This document shows, piece by piece, positions 12,511-25,130 of a stretch of DNA of 64,000 bases. Numbering within the stretch: the first letter of the stretch is position 1; each line of letters starts with the position of its first letter. The DNA comes from Dendrobates tinctorius. Its lineage: Eukaryota. The stretch is taken from contig NW_027361850.1 in NCBI RefSeq assembly GCF_039654945.1, positions 6,510,001 through 6,574,000 of the forward strand, read 5' to 3'. The notes under the pieces are model-generated. The model searched no databases, was not told where the DNA came from, and worked only from the letters and a program-made list of their open reading frames with translations. A program made the translations under genes and the position numbers.

Positions 12511-13480
12511 AAACTTATTGTTAGTGACAATACCCCTATGAATTTACTGTCATGATTAAATTGAAGAGGAAATAAAAAAAAAAAAAGGAACCATTCCTCC
12601 TTGTTTAAAGCAATACCCCTTGAGCCTAGCCAAATCAATGGCCCCGAGCAGAGATATTAGAGAGTATGTTAAGGCAGGGGTTCTAGTGCAAAGATCTTCC
12701 CCCTGCAACACCCCTTTGTATCCCATTAGGGAAAAAGGACTCAAGGGTTTGCTGACACTTACAGAAAGGTTCATGACTTAAGGGCTATTAATGATGTTAC
12801 AGAGAGTGTGACCTCAATCGTCCCTTATCCACACACAATACTGTCACAGATCCCAGTGATGTCAAAATGTTTCACAGTCATTGATTTAGCAGGTGCATTT
12901 TTCTCTGTACCCCTACACCCTGGCTGTCAGTATCTTTTTCATTTACTCATAAAGGTAAACAATATTGTTGGACAGTCCTCCCACAAAGGGGGAAAGAAAT
13001 CCCCTGCTATCAATTCAGCAGTGATGGCAGGGATCCCTGAGTAGTGGCAATCACCTCATCCGCTGATTGTACTATTACAGTACGTGGATGACCTTTTGCT
13101 GTTCTGCCTGGACCAGAGGTCCTGCAGGGAAGCCACAGTCTCCTTGCTATGTTTTTTTTTTTTTTTAGCAGAAAAGGGTTGCAAGGTCTCACGTGACAAA
13201 TTACAGTATTGCAAACAAAAAGTGACATTTTTGGGACATTGTATTGCCGAAGGTACCAGACACCTGACTGAAGACAGGAAACAGGCAATTCAAAATCTCC
13301 CTCTACACAGGTCACATCAGCATCTACGCACTTTCCTAGGCTTAGTGACCTACTGTAGGCCTTGGATAAGGCATGCTTCACAAATGTTGCAACCACTTTA
13401 TGACTGTTTGTCATCAAACCCCTATGATTTCACTCCTTTGACAATTTATTCCCCACATGACATCCATTCCATACTCGTAC

Positions 13481-15787
13481 TGTGGCACCCCTGAGGCTTC
13501 AGTCGCCACAGAGGTACTGCACCTTCTCCTAAGGTAAACAAAAAGCAAAAAACACAAATATAACTGAAAAGTAAAAAATATACTGCAAATAATGCATAAA
13601 GGTAATGATAATAATAAGGGTATTTAGTAAACATAATTTTGATCAAAATAATGTACAAGCCATCCCGCCACGTCACGGCAACCCTTGTGGGACAGTCCCT
13701 ACTCTAGTATTTAAAACCTTTTCACTTGCCAAGTGGCGTGAATGTGAATAAGGGTCGAGCGACTGAACCACTAGTAACAGCTTAGGCCAGACTGGATGGC
13801 TTTCCCAGCTCAGAAAGAGGGCGGTCACACCCATATATGCACTGAATGCACAATGAAATGGATAAAAAACAAATCTGAACTGAGAAAAGTAAGTTAATGT
13901 GTATGCACAATGTAAGTGCATATTAACACATGACCATTAACCAGAGAAAACAAAAAGCAAAAAACACAAATATAACTGAAAAGTAAAAAATATACTGCAA
14001 ATAATGCATAAAGGTAATGATAATAATAAGGGTATTTAGTAAACATAATTTTGATCAAAATAATGTACAAGCCATCCCGCCACGTCACGGCAACCCTTGT
14101 GGGACAGTCCCTACTCTAGTATTTAAAACCTTTTCACTTGCCAAGTGGCGTGAATGTGAATAAGGGTCGAGCGGCTGAACCACTAGTAACAGCTTAGGCC
14201 AGACTGGATGGCTTTCCCAGCTCAGAAAGAGGGCGGTCACACCCATATATGCACTGAATGCACAATGAAATGAATAAAAAACAAATCTGAACTGAGAAAA
14301 GTAAGTTAATGTGTATGCACAATGTAAGTGCATATTAACACATGACCATTAACCAGAGAAAACAAAAAGCAAAAAACACAAATATAACTGAAAAGTAAAA
14401 AATATACTGCAAATAATGCATAAAGGTAATGATAATAATAAGGGTATTTAGTAAACATAATTTTGATCAAAATAATGTACAAGCCATCCTTCTCCTAAGG
14501 TGTAGTGCCCCACCATCCAGGCAGGCTGGGAACTTCTTTCCGCATTCCAACACCTGCACCCCACACACAGGATAGTTCAGCAGGGACCCATCCATGCTTT
14601 ATGCTGGAAAGGTCATAGGGTGCCTTTTGTGGTCCCTGGCTTCGTAACACGAGAGGTGCTGGGGAGGCGGGTGGAGTTAGATATAAAAGTGAGGGAAGGT
14701 GTAGGATTTCAAGTCAGTCTGACAGAAGGTCAGTCTGGGGTGAGTCCCAGAGAGAGAGCAGGCTGACAGCAGGTCAGCCTGAGAGGAGCTCAAGGTGGAG
14801 GAAGGCAGTCAGTCAGGAGAGGCTGAGGACTGGTCTTAGTGGAACGAGCTCCTCAGGGAAGGAAGAGAAGGAGAAAGAGACGCAGACTGAAGACTACAGA
14901 TTCCATAAGAGAGATAGAACAGATCGGAACGAAGGAGAATAGAAGGACGGTGGGAAGCAGGTTGAGAAAGAGAGAGAACCCTTCCAGTCCAGTGAGCGCA
15001 AAGGCCGGGGCCCGGTCCCCGAGGTTGATTGGAACTTTATGTCCGGCAACAGACACCGGAGGAGTAGTGAGCCGCTAACGCCTTGCTCCCATCATAGACT
15101 TGGGACACAACAGCAACTGAATAGAGAGCCGGGACGCAGTGAGGAGTCCCCGAAGCAGGCTACCGCTGTCTGTCATGCAAGTAAAGACTAGGAACACCTA
15201 GAGAGAGGCATTCCAGGGTAACTAAGTACTGGAGTGCTTCGCACCTAAAGGCGTATTGGAGGAGTCGTTCAGGAAGGTACATGTTGGCGGAGTGTGGAAG
15301 GGAGAATCCTGTCCTGCCTGGAGGTTGGCTGGAGCCCTGACCTGGAGAACACAGTACAGAGGCAGGCAGTTGTGTGAAGTGCAAACAGTGAGTAAAGCTT
15401 TGGAACCGCATACTCTGGTGTCCTCCAGTTATTCCAGCACCACTACACCTGGGTACCAGCCTCCATACATTCTGCGCCTCTCCTCATCCATTGCACCTAC
15501 ACTGCCCTGGGACTACAGCTCCACCTGTGGGGAGCTATACCATCTCTGCTGCACCACACCATCAGTCCCAGCGGATCTGCATGCAGTGTTGGCTTGCCAT
15601 CTTACTTGCCAAACACCACAGGTGGCGTCACGAACTACCTAATAAACTTTAACACCATTAACATCACCACCATTGATATTGGGCGCCCAGGGCCACAGAC
15701 CGGGTCACCGCTGCTGTGACACATTCCCGCCTTGACACCGGCCCGGTACCGAGTACCCCGCTGCCCTGGGTGTGCGAGGGCAACCCA
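13481..15787 (+). mobile_element. Solo LTR, family A (Gypsy-type), with internal 952-bp insertion
   Basis: TGtggcaccc...caaccCA with GTAC TSD (13477-80 and 15788-91). Homologous to 16992-18310 and 37868-39170. Confidence 0.9.
13536..14487. repeat. Insert of 2.3 tandem copies of a 412-bp unit
   Basis: aaacaaaaagc at 13536, 13948 and 14360. Flanking direct repeat ccttctcctaaggt at 13522-35 and 14488-501. Confidence 0.92.
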
Positions 15788-16991
15788 GTACAAGTTCAAC
15801 CAAAACATCTGTCTATGGCCAGACAGCTCCGACTTGCATGTGCTCTAATTCCTGAGTATGTCACCCTCAAAAAATGTAACGTTCTGAATCCAGCCACCCT
15901 CCTGCCTATGGATTCAGAAAAGGGGGAATTGGTGACCGTATTAGCAAGTGAAGAAGAATACTTTGACATGACGCATGAACATGACTGCATAGAACTGTTC
16001 CTAATGCAGATTTTGAGTTTTTTTTGTAGATGGCTCCAGATACCACCAGGATTGGCGATTCTACACTGGATATGCAGTAGTATCCTCACATGAGGTAATT
16101 CGAGCTGAACCACTCCCTCCTCAAAAGTCGGCACAGGAGGCAGAGTTGAAGGCACTCACTGAGGTGTGTAGAGCCACTACAGGTAAAGTCGCTAATATTT
16201 ACACAGATTCAAAGCCCATTAAAAATGCAGAGCTGGTGAAACAATTAATGGAGGCATTGATGTTACCAGTCCAGGTTGGCATTGTCAAGGTAAAAGCACA
16301 CACAAAAGGTGACTCCGTGGAGGTAGAGGGCAACAGAAGGGTGGACGAGGCTGCTAAAGTAGCAGCAAGGCGGCCTAGAGAGCAGTGGACGGTGGCGGGG
16401 AGTCAGCGTATTCCAGCCACAGTGAGCCTAGATGTCCTGAAATCTCTCCAGCAACAGGCTGCCCAAACAAAGAAGGTACACCGGGGGAGACTGGGAGCTG
16501 AGCTGAACTCAAACGGAGTATGGGAGAATAAGGATAAGTTGTGCCTACCGAAGTCCCTGTTCCCAGTCATGGCACAAGCAACACGTGGCCCCACTCACAC
16601 CTCAAAAAGTCACATGTGTGCCATGGTGGATACCTTCTGGATCGCTCCTGGTTTCAGTTACGCAGCCGCGAAACTTGTACAATCATGCCTCATCTGTGCA
16701 CAGCACAACCCAGGTAAAACAGTAACCCTAAGAAAGCGACACCTAGGCCTCTCTACCCGTTTCAGAGATTGCAGATTGACGACATACAGCTACCAAGGTA
16801 GGAGTGTATGCAAATATCCTAGTATGTGTAGATCTCTTCTCTGGTTGGCCGGAAGCCTATCCGGTAAAATGTGCAAATGCTAAAACAACTGCAGACAAAC
16901 TGATGAAAGAACTGATCTGCAGGTATGGTGTCCCTAGAAACCATAGAAAGCGATAGGGTACACACTTCACGGGAGAAATAATGAGGGAAAT

Positions 16992-18310
16992 TGGGTTGCC
17001 CTCCCAGGTCTGTGGGGTACTCGGTACCGGGCCGGTGTCAGCGGGATGTGTCACAGCAGCGGTGACCTGGTCCGTGGCCCTGGGTGCCCAATGTAAAAAG
17101 GGGAGATTGGAAATGATGGAATGTAAATGAATAGTTCGTGACTCCACCTGTGGTGTTCGGCAAGTGAGCTGTTGAGCCGACGCTGCATGCAGATCCTCTG
17201 GGGCTGGTGGTGTGTTGCAGCCAAGATGGTGAAGCTCCCCACAGGAGGAGCTGTAGCCCCAGGGCAATGTAGATGTAGGGGGAGAGGAGAGGCACAAGCG
17301 GTGTAGAAGCTGGTACCTAGATGTAGCGGTGCTGGGTGCTTTGGCGCAAGAATGAATGGAGGACACCAGGGCCTGTAGTTCCAAAGCTTTACTCACAGTC
17401 TGTAGTACACACAGGTGCCTGCCTCCGTGCTGTGTCCTCCGGGTCAGGGACTTAATCAACCTCCAGGCCAGATGGAATGCTCCCTTCCAAGACTCCGCCA
17501 ACATGTGCCTTTCTGAACGTCTCCTCTTATAGCGCCTTTAATTGTGAAGTACTCCTAGTACTGAGTTACACTGGAGTGCCTCCTCACAGATGTTCCCAAG
17601 AACTCTATTTGTACGGCAGACAGCTGTAGCCTGCTTCGGGGACTCCTTACTCCTGAGTCCCGGCTCACTATCAATGTTGCTGTTGTGCCCCCAAGTCTTA
17701 GATGGGAGTAGTGCATTTATAGCCCACTACTCCACAGGTGTCTACTGTAGAACCATTAGTGTCCATACAACCTCGGGGACCGGGCCCCGGCCTTGCGCTT
17801 AGAACTTCTAGGCAGGGTTCTTCCTCTAACCCACGTCCTCTGTTCCCTTTTACTCCTACATTCTGTACTAGTCTTTCCTTCTTATGGAAGATCAGGTTTC
17901 GGTTCACTGTCTTTCTCCTTCTTTCCTTTCCCGTGCCAGCACACCCAGGTCACTGAGATCTGCTGCACCACCTCCTTCCTCTATCCCTCTCCCAGGGATC
18001 TTCTCTCCTCACTCCTCTCTGAGTGACTCTCTGACTGACTGACCTGTAATCCTAAACCCTCCCGCTCTTTTATGTATTCTAACTCCACCCGCCTCCCAGC
18101 ACATTTCGTGTTCCAAGTAGGGAGCCACCAAAGGTGCTCTGCTACACTCCAAGCAGGAAGCCGCAATGTGGCTTTGCTGAACTACCGTGTTGTGTGGGAT
18201 GTAGGTGTTGGAGCGTGGTCAGGAGCCTCCAACTTACCTGGATGGTGAGGCACCACACCTCAGGAGGAGGTGCAGAACCTCTGTGGCGACTGAGCCTCAG
18301 GGGCGCCACA
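16992..18310 (-). mobile_element. Solo LTR, family A, inserted in ERV integrase
   Basis: Reverse complement of 37868-39170; TSD aaat/aagt. Removal restores MRE-VMQAL. Confidence 0.9.
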
Positions 18311-18835
18311 AAGTCATGCAGGCCCTGGGTGGACAGCAAGCATTTCATACACCATATAGGCCACAAAGTAATGGGAAGGTGGAAAGACTAAATGGGACAC
18401 TTAAACTGAAAATTCAAAAGGCCATGGCAGACACAGGAAAGAGCTGGGTAGAGTGCTTGCCTCTTGCACTCTTTCCAGTCAGACACACTCCAAACAGAAA
18501 GACAGGCTTGTCTCCCTTTGAAGTCCTGTTTGGTAGTGCACCAAAGACTGGTCTGTACTTCCCACAGGTGCTACAAATGCAACACAGTTCTATGACAGCG
18601 TACGTCCAGGCCTTGCAGGAAAGACTTAATATGGTGCATAAACATGAGTTCTCATCCATTCCAGATCCTAATGCCAGTGCAGATGTGCATCAGCTGAATC
18701 CAGGTGATTGGGTGGTTATACGCAGACACGTGACAAGGAGCCTGGAACCACGATTTGACGGCCCCTTCCAAGTCCAGCTGACCACATCCACCTCAGTAAA
18801 ACTTGAGGGAAAGCCCACCTGGATCCACGCCAGTC

Positions 18836-19648
18836 TGTTGTGAGTTCATTTTTCCCTTCACTATTGAGGTCTGATGAACTCCCTCCTCTGGTGAAGGAAG
18901 GTAGTGAGGCTGATTATCAGACACCTGGGCAGCTAGATGGTGGCTGGAATTGAGGACTGGATATAAGGCTGCCGACGCCCTTCTTCCTGGCTGGTGATTT
19001 TCCTGCTGGATTCTTGGAGACCAGTCTGATTCCTGAATCTCAAAGCTAAGTTTTTCTGCTCTGCTTTGTACTCTTCTGTTTTGTTTTTTGTTTTGCCTTG
19101 TTTTTTGGGAGTTCTGCCATCCCCGGCTGGGGGTGAGCTGAATTCCATTTTTGTCTCTGATCTGTTGATCTTTTGCTCTGTCTTCAGTGTATACCTGAGT
19201 GCTGATATAGTCTTTTGAAGCCTAGCGACTTCAGGGCCTGTTTTTCCTATCAGTCGGTTGGCTCATTTTGATAGGGTTTTTGCGGATGGCAGACAGCAGC
19301 TTTCCTATCCTGTCCTATGTAGTTAGCTTGGGCCCCATCATTTGCTCAACCTATCTTTCTATCTGTGTTAGTGTTCTCATCTTGCTTCACCGTCATTATA
19401 TGTTAGGGGCTGCCTATTGCTTTGGGATCTGCTCTGGGGCAGTTTAGTTTTTCCCCTTTCTGTCTTTAGGCTATCTAGTTCTCCGGCTGTGATCGAGGGG
19501 TCTAGGGCACCGTAGGAACCCCCCACGGCTACTGCTGGTTGTTGTGGATAGGTCCAGGGGTCTGCAATCCAATAGCTGCCAACCTCTCTGGTTTTTCTGG
19601 ACTTAGCTGGTATTTTGTTTTTTCCTCCTTCGGTGACTCATCATAACA
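18836..19648. mobile_element. Solo LTR, family B
   Basis: TGttgtgagt...tcataaCA with ccagtc duplicated. Homologous to 59629-60432. Confidence 0.9.
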
Positions 19649-19682
19649 CCAGTCACTGCAAGAAGGTCCTGTCAACAGTAGA

Positions 19683-20270
19683 ATGACTGTACTCCTCATC
19701 ACCTTGCTGGCAGTGACAGGGTTACTGCACTCTACAGAGACACAGGATAAACTCTTAAATGCTGACTGGGACAACAAACTTATTCGGCATCATGTTCTTT
19801 TTATAAAGGACATGGAAGGACAGAAACCGAAAGACTGTTGGATCTGTACACACAGCCCAGTATCTGCGAGGACTATGCCGTACTTAGCCTTACCTCTGGA
19901 GCCATGGGAGGTATTAACCCCACACTGCATACATAATGAGACTTGGACTCAATCTAGGTTTTGGGGAAAAGATGTGCCCCGTGATATATCTGCCTCATTG
20001 GCTATAATCGGATAATCGGATGGGCCGCTAATCCCTAGTTTCAGTTTAATATAACGCGGCCTAAGGTACAAATCCGAGGCATTGCTGTTGGCTAGAAAGA
20101 AAAAGATGATGAGCAAGTAAAATCTAAGGGTGGGAGTGTTGGGCTCTATCTTCACAGGGATTTTGACAGTCCATTATAATTTTAGTGACACTGCAATAAA
20201 ATCTACATGTGTTACATGTGGGTCTTGCTGATACTGCTGTGTTGCAATGGGTGAAATCCATGGTCAAAAC
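19683..20270 (+). pseudogene. env: ERV env, N-terminal SU fragment
   Basis: Starts directly after the integrase C-terminus; hydrophobic signal peptide MTVLLITLLAVTGLLHS and a CWIC motif. Confidence 0.75.
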
Positions 20271-20319
20271 CTGTATTCTACTATATAATTGTAAAATTGC
20301 AGATTTGGAATTAATCTAA

Positions 20320-20853
20320 AGGCGAACCTGTCAGCAGGATTTTGCTAAACAAACTACAGGCATTGTCAGGTTGACAGTGTTAAACTGATTAAAATGATAT
20401 CTGGGGTGAAGAAATCCGTCTTGTGGTTCTTGTGTAATCAGTGCTAGAAGTTTTCAGTAAATGAGATGCTCGTGGAGCTGTAGGCAGAGTCTTATCTTGG
20501 GCTCTAAGCCAGAGAAACTGAGGAAACCCCTGCCCACAGGCTGTCCTGAAGCACAGTCTGTCTCTCTCTGTCTCTATGATGAGGAACATATTTGTGCTTT
20601 GGGATGGCCTGTGGGAAGGTCTTTCCTTGGTTTCTCTGGCTTAGAGAAGGAAGATAAGACTCTGCCTACAGTCTCTGCCTACAGTCTCGCACTGGAGCAT
20701 GGGCATATCATTAACTGAAAACTTCTAACACTGACGACACAAGAACCACAAGACGGATTTCTTCTACCCCAGGTATCATTTTAATTAGGTTAACACTGCC
20801 AACCTTGACAATGCCTGTAGTTTACTTAGCAAAATCCTGCTGACAGGTTCGCT
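20320..20853. mobile_element. Kolobok/T2-type MITE
   Basis: Long TIRs aggcgaacctgtcagcaggattttgctaa / ttagcaaaatcctgctgacaggttcgct; ctaa and ttaa flanks. Confidence 0.8.
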
Positions 20854-20857
20854 TTAA

Positions 20858-21350
20858 AGGGAATCGATCAGCATGATTTCACACCCCAGACTATTTATTT
20901 ATGCATGCACCTCTTTCAAAGACAAATTCTGCAATACCTTTACATGTCCAGTCCATTCCTCCATTACTGAGAAATCAGCATTTGAACTGATATGAAAATT
21001 AGGCCAAAGAACTATTTGTAGATCTGAAGGATTGGTCACTCCATCTCTATTCCCCACCCAGCGCCGACTCCTCCTGCTTGACTAACTCCTTTTCCTGAAG
21101 TCACCCAGCATAGAGACTTTCAGTTAAGCAGGACCAGGCAGCGCTGGGCAAGAAATAGAGCTGGAGTGACTGGGGCTTCAAACCTATACTGTAAATAGTT
21201 TTTCAGCCTCATTTGCATATCAATTTAACTGCTGATTCTCAGTAATGGTGGAATGGACTGGCCATGTGAAGGTAGAGCTGGACTTGTCTTTTAAAGCGCT
21301 ACACACACAGATAAATAGTTTGGGGGTGAAATCCTGCTGACAGGTTCATT
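20858..21350. mobile_element. Second Kolobok/T2-type MITE, abutting the first at a shared TTAA
   Basis: agggaatcgatcagcatgatttcacacccc ... gggggtgaaatcctgctgacaggttcatt with long inverted arms. Confidence 0.7.
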
Positions 21351-23664
21351 TCAAATAATGGTGGATGCTTCTCCTAAGAGTCGATGAGGTTTCAAAAACG
21401 TTTTTCATATATGTGCTAAATGATGATGTACCCTCACCAACTGTTTCCATTAAATCAGGCAAGGCTGAAGCAGTCTAATGGCCTCTATACTGCATGGGAT
21501 AGGCTATACAAATGAATTATTATAAAAATTGGTCAAATTTGTTTAATACATTTTGCATGAAGTCTCTAATAGAAAGTGTAGTTGCTACAGACAAAAGTTT
21601 GGCAAAGATTTTGTCTCCCAGTGTCTTTCTTATATTTTCTCTCTTTTTTCTTGTTTTTTCAAAGTATGGAGCAGACATCTCAAGCGATAAATTTATAATG
21701 GAGGGTCACCTTTGTTGGTGCAAGATAGCTTCACGTGTCCAATTGCTTCCAATTAAAGTTCATGAGCTATATAGTAGCAGTCACGTAACAGAGGAAACCA
21801 TACTCCCAAATTAAGAAGAGGCCCCAATAATCAGACCGTCCTGATCTTTTATGGATTCTGTAATTGACTGTAAACTGTACATGACTGTACAATATGTACA
21901 GGAAAATAACCTTATATCCAGTGTAGTTACTAAAGGGATCAGTCTGACATTTTGAACAGGACAAGCAAAACTTATACAGTGTTATGCGAATTTATCTCTC
22001 CAGAAAGAATGAATACGGACTCTCTAGTGCCACCTTAAGGGAAAGTCAATATCTGACTCTCTAACAAGCATTGCAATGTGACTAAGGATGTTAGTCAAAC
22101 TATAGTCTTTTACAAGTAGATAAACCACTGTTTTGGGGTCCTTTCCACTTGTGAGTACACAGCAGGGTACTGCTTAACGAGAATCTGTCACAGGGATTTT
22201 GCTACCACATTTTAGAGCAGCAAGATGTAGGGCCAGAGACCCTTATTCTAGTAGTGTGTCACTTTCCTAAATGCAGTCTTGATTAAAAACTGTTTTATCC
22301 GCTGAAGAAATTCTAGAAGTTCTCTGAATACTGAGTTCTTTATAACCTGCCTACTGCACTGATTGGCAAATTTCTGTGTATACTGTGCATAGGCAGAAAG
22401 CTGACAAACAGTTGTGGGGGCATGGTTGGACTACATGACAGCATGTTTACTAGTCATCTAGTGATAATCTGCAGATAAAACAGTGATATTATAAGAACTA
22501 CACTGACTGCAAGACATCCTACGCCCGCATGTTGTCTCTTCATGGAGAAACAGTCCTCCCTGAGACCTTCAGGAATATGAAGAACGCCAAACAGAGAAAT
22601 CTTATTTTTACTACCCCCTGTTAAGACCCTAATAATAATAATAATTGTATTTACAGTATATAGGGCCAACAGATTACGCACCACTTTAGGCATAACATTG
22701 TCTATAAATTCTGTCCTGACGGCTCCTTTATAGCACAGAAGTCCTTAGATTTTCAGATTGTTTCTAGGGGAATAGTTTTTTTTTTACATTTTGTCTTTGC
22801 TTATCGGAGCACCATCTCTTGTAAGGCGTTTGGTCTTCTTGTGGCAGGATGTTGTAATAGCGGTTTCATGTACATTATATATGTAGACTAGAAGCCTTGA
22901 TCAGAACACATAGCTTTAACCGGTCTACCTTCCTTACTCCTAGGGGTGGTGCTTCCTCTTAAGAAACATTCTTGCCTTTTAGGCTTATTAGACTTTTTAT
23001 AAATGTGATAATATAGTGGTCATTACATTACACAATTAATAATATTTGACACATCAGCTTTTCACATAAATTAATGTCCTGTTGGTTATGTAATAGATGC
23101 TGAGTGATATTTACACGTAGATATACACAGACCACCATGTCCTCTGCAGCTTGTTCTACAGGAGGTCAGTTATGGTGGTATGGATGTAATGTTCTGCTCG
23201 GTAGTACACCCACCCTTCCTTTTCCTGTTTTATTGCGTCCGTCCTAGTATGTTCGGGAGCAGAGGGTCATCTGTATATAGATCACTCAGGATGAATGTGT
23301 TAATGACTTTTTCTCTGCATGCTAATCTTCAGGAGTCGCTTTTATTGTTCTCCTGAACATTAGTTAAACTTAGGTACTGGGTGCAGTTTCCTGTAGAAAT
23401 GGGAGGATCCTGCAGGCATAATAATAAATCATAAAGACTCATAAAATACACAGTGTGTAGTAATAGGCATTAGGAATCATCTGCCCGGAGAACTTCTCTG
23501 AGCCACATGGACCTTGTTTACTCGGATTCACAGATCTTCCCAAACCCATAGGTTTTCTCTACCTTTTGGATACAGCACACCTTCTTGCTGAAGCCCATAA
23601 TCTAATCTTAGTTTGGCTCATAATTTCCTGATACTACTTGTGACTGTTGTAGTTTCGCACAGTC

Positions 23665-23949
23665 ATGTCTTTCAGCCCAGTTATATTCAATGAGCTGTGT
23701 GAGGATGAGGAGAGTGATATTTCTCCAGATTTAGAGTCTGTCAAAGCCCTGGCAGCCAGATTGAAGCTGCAGACTCGTCGACCATCATACCAAGAATGGA
23801 CACAGAGAGTACAAGCACGACCATGGGCAAAAAATCGAAGTGTCGTCCAAGAGAAACCCTCATCGAGTCAAGAGAAAAGCACCCCAAAAAATAGCATTTG
23901 TGGCTTCAGCTCGATAGATGAGGCTTTGCAATGGCTTCGAAAAGAACTG
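23665..23949 (+). CDS. FAM167B: FAM167B coding exon 1
   Basis: LESVKALAARLKLQTRRPSY.EW and ICGFSSIDEALQWLRKEL match FAM167. The short N-terminal half fits FAM167B. Donor ctg|gtaagt. Confidence 0.93.
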
Positions 23950-24886
23950 GTAAGTTAGTTTTGGTTTTTGGTTGGACATGTGCAAATATAATAACATTTA
24001 CAGTGACTTTTATTAAACTCGCTAAAACTGATAGTAGTCAGGGCTCATGTATATGGTAAATCCAGAATCTGTGAGGTAAAAATATCCATGTGGGGGTAGA
24101 GCATTACTGGGGCACGTGCCTCAGGTGTCAAGAGCGAAGGGGGAGGCGTGGAAATACAGGGCAAGGACAGCAAACTGAACCAGGGGTGAAAGAAAGCCTA
24201 GTTGTGGCCATATTACAGGTTAAGTGTTCAACAAGAGGTTTTCTCATATCCAAGAAAATGCAGAAGCAGATGACCTGAAACTGTTACAGTAGAATATATG
24301 CAAGTCTATAAGATGTGGAAAACACCTTTTACTCCGTAAAGTTATAAAACTTGGCCTCATCCTAACAAGATACAAGCAGATATGTATAATAAATAATGTG
24401 ATTTTTCAAGATATAAAATTGGTTTAGGAGCAGTGTTCAAAGTTGCATATTTTTTATTTGAAGGGTACATCTTTTTGTGGCTGTGTGTATGACCTGTACA
24501 TTACCACCACCAAGAACTGTAGACTTTTTTTTTCTACAGATAAATATGGACCTAGTGTGTACATTAATATTTTTCTATTTTCCTCTTTTAACTTTCTGTT
24601 GGATACTAATGGTGCAATGGAAAACATATTAAAATGACATGATCCTTTCCAAGTTCAGATACTCAAGACCCCGTTTAGCAGAAGAGTAAAAGAAAAACAG
24701 ACTATACGGTAGGCAGAATGTGAGGTAGCTGGTGAGCAAAAGCATACTAGTACCTGTAATAAAGTATTTTGCTGTAAATAGGAAGTGTCTTTATACATAG
24801 GGCTAGAAACCCTCAATTAATAATGGTGTGCTTACTGTGAATGTGTATTTGATCTTACTCATATTGACAAGCCTATTGTTAAATAT

Positions 24887-25130
24887 GGTTAGCACTGCAG
24901 CCTTGCTGCGCTGGGGTCCTGGGTTCAAATCCCACCAAGGACAACATCTGGAAGGAGTTTGTATGTTCTCCCTGTGTTTGCGTGGGTCTTCTCTGGGTTC
25001 TCCAGTTTCCACCCACACTCCAAAGTCATACTGATAGGGAATTTAGATTGTGAGTCCCAATGGGGACAGTAGTGATGCTAATGGCTAGTCGAATTAATGG
25101 TGCTATTTAAGTGAGTAAAATAAATAATAA
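24887..25130 (+). mobile_element. tRNA-derived V-SINE-like element
   Basis: ggttagcact...gggttcaaatccc (A and B boxes) followed by V-domain-like ggagtttgtatgttctccctgtgtttgcgtggg...cccacactccaaa and an A-rich tail. Confidence 0.75.

Larger units (their letters stand above)
12590..19680 (+). pseudogene. pol: ERV pol (RT, RNase H, integrase), frameshifted and interrupted by three solo LTRs
   Basis: SPCNTPL, HDLRAIN, FTVIDLAGAFFSVPL, LQYVDDLLL, TFLGLVTYCRPWI, NIYTDS, VKVKAH, GN.RVD, CLICAQHNPG, SDRGTHFTG, ERLNGTLK, RFDGPFQV, WIHAS|HCKKV. Confidence 0.9.
8027..20270 (+). mobile_element. Decayed class I (gamma/epsilon-like) endogenous retrovirus; 3' env and 3' LTR missing; multiply interrupted
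   Basis: Order LTR, PBS, gag (MHR, CWNC), RT (YVDD), RNase H, integrase, env (signal peptide, CWIC). Frames rejoin across the TSDs of nested inserts. Outer boundaries approximate. Confidence 0.88.

Noticed and set aside
13536-14487. Canonical hammerhead ribozyme, and the duplicated short ORFs in the 412-bp unit
   Set aside because: No CTGANGA core on either strand; the ORFs start at non-ATG codons and reflect T-rich composition.
24887-24960. tRNA gene
   Set aside because: A/B-box head continues into SINE body and tail, with no complete cloverleaf.
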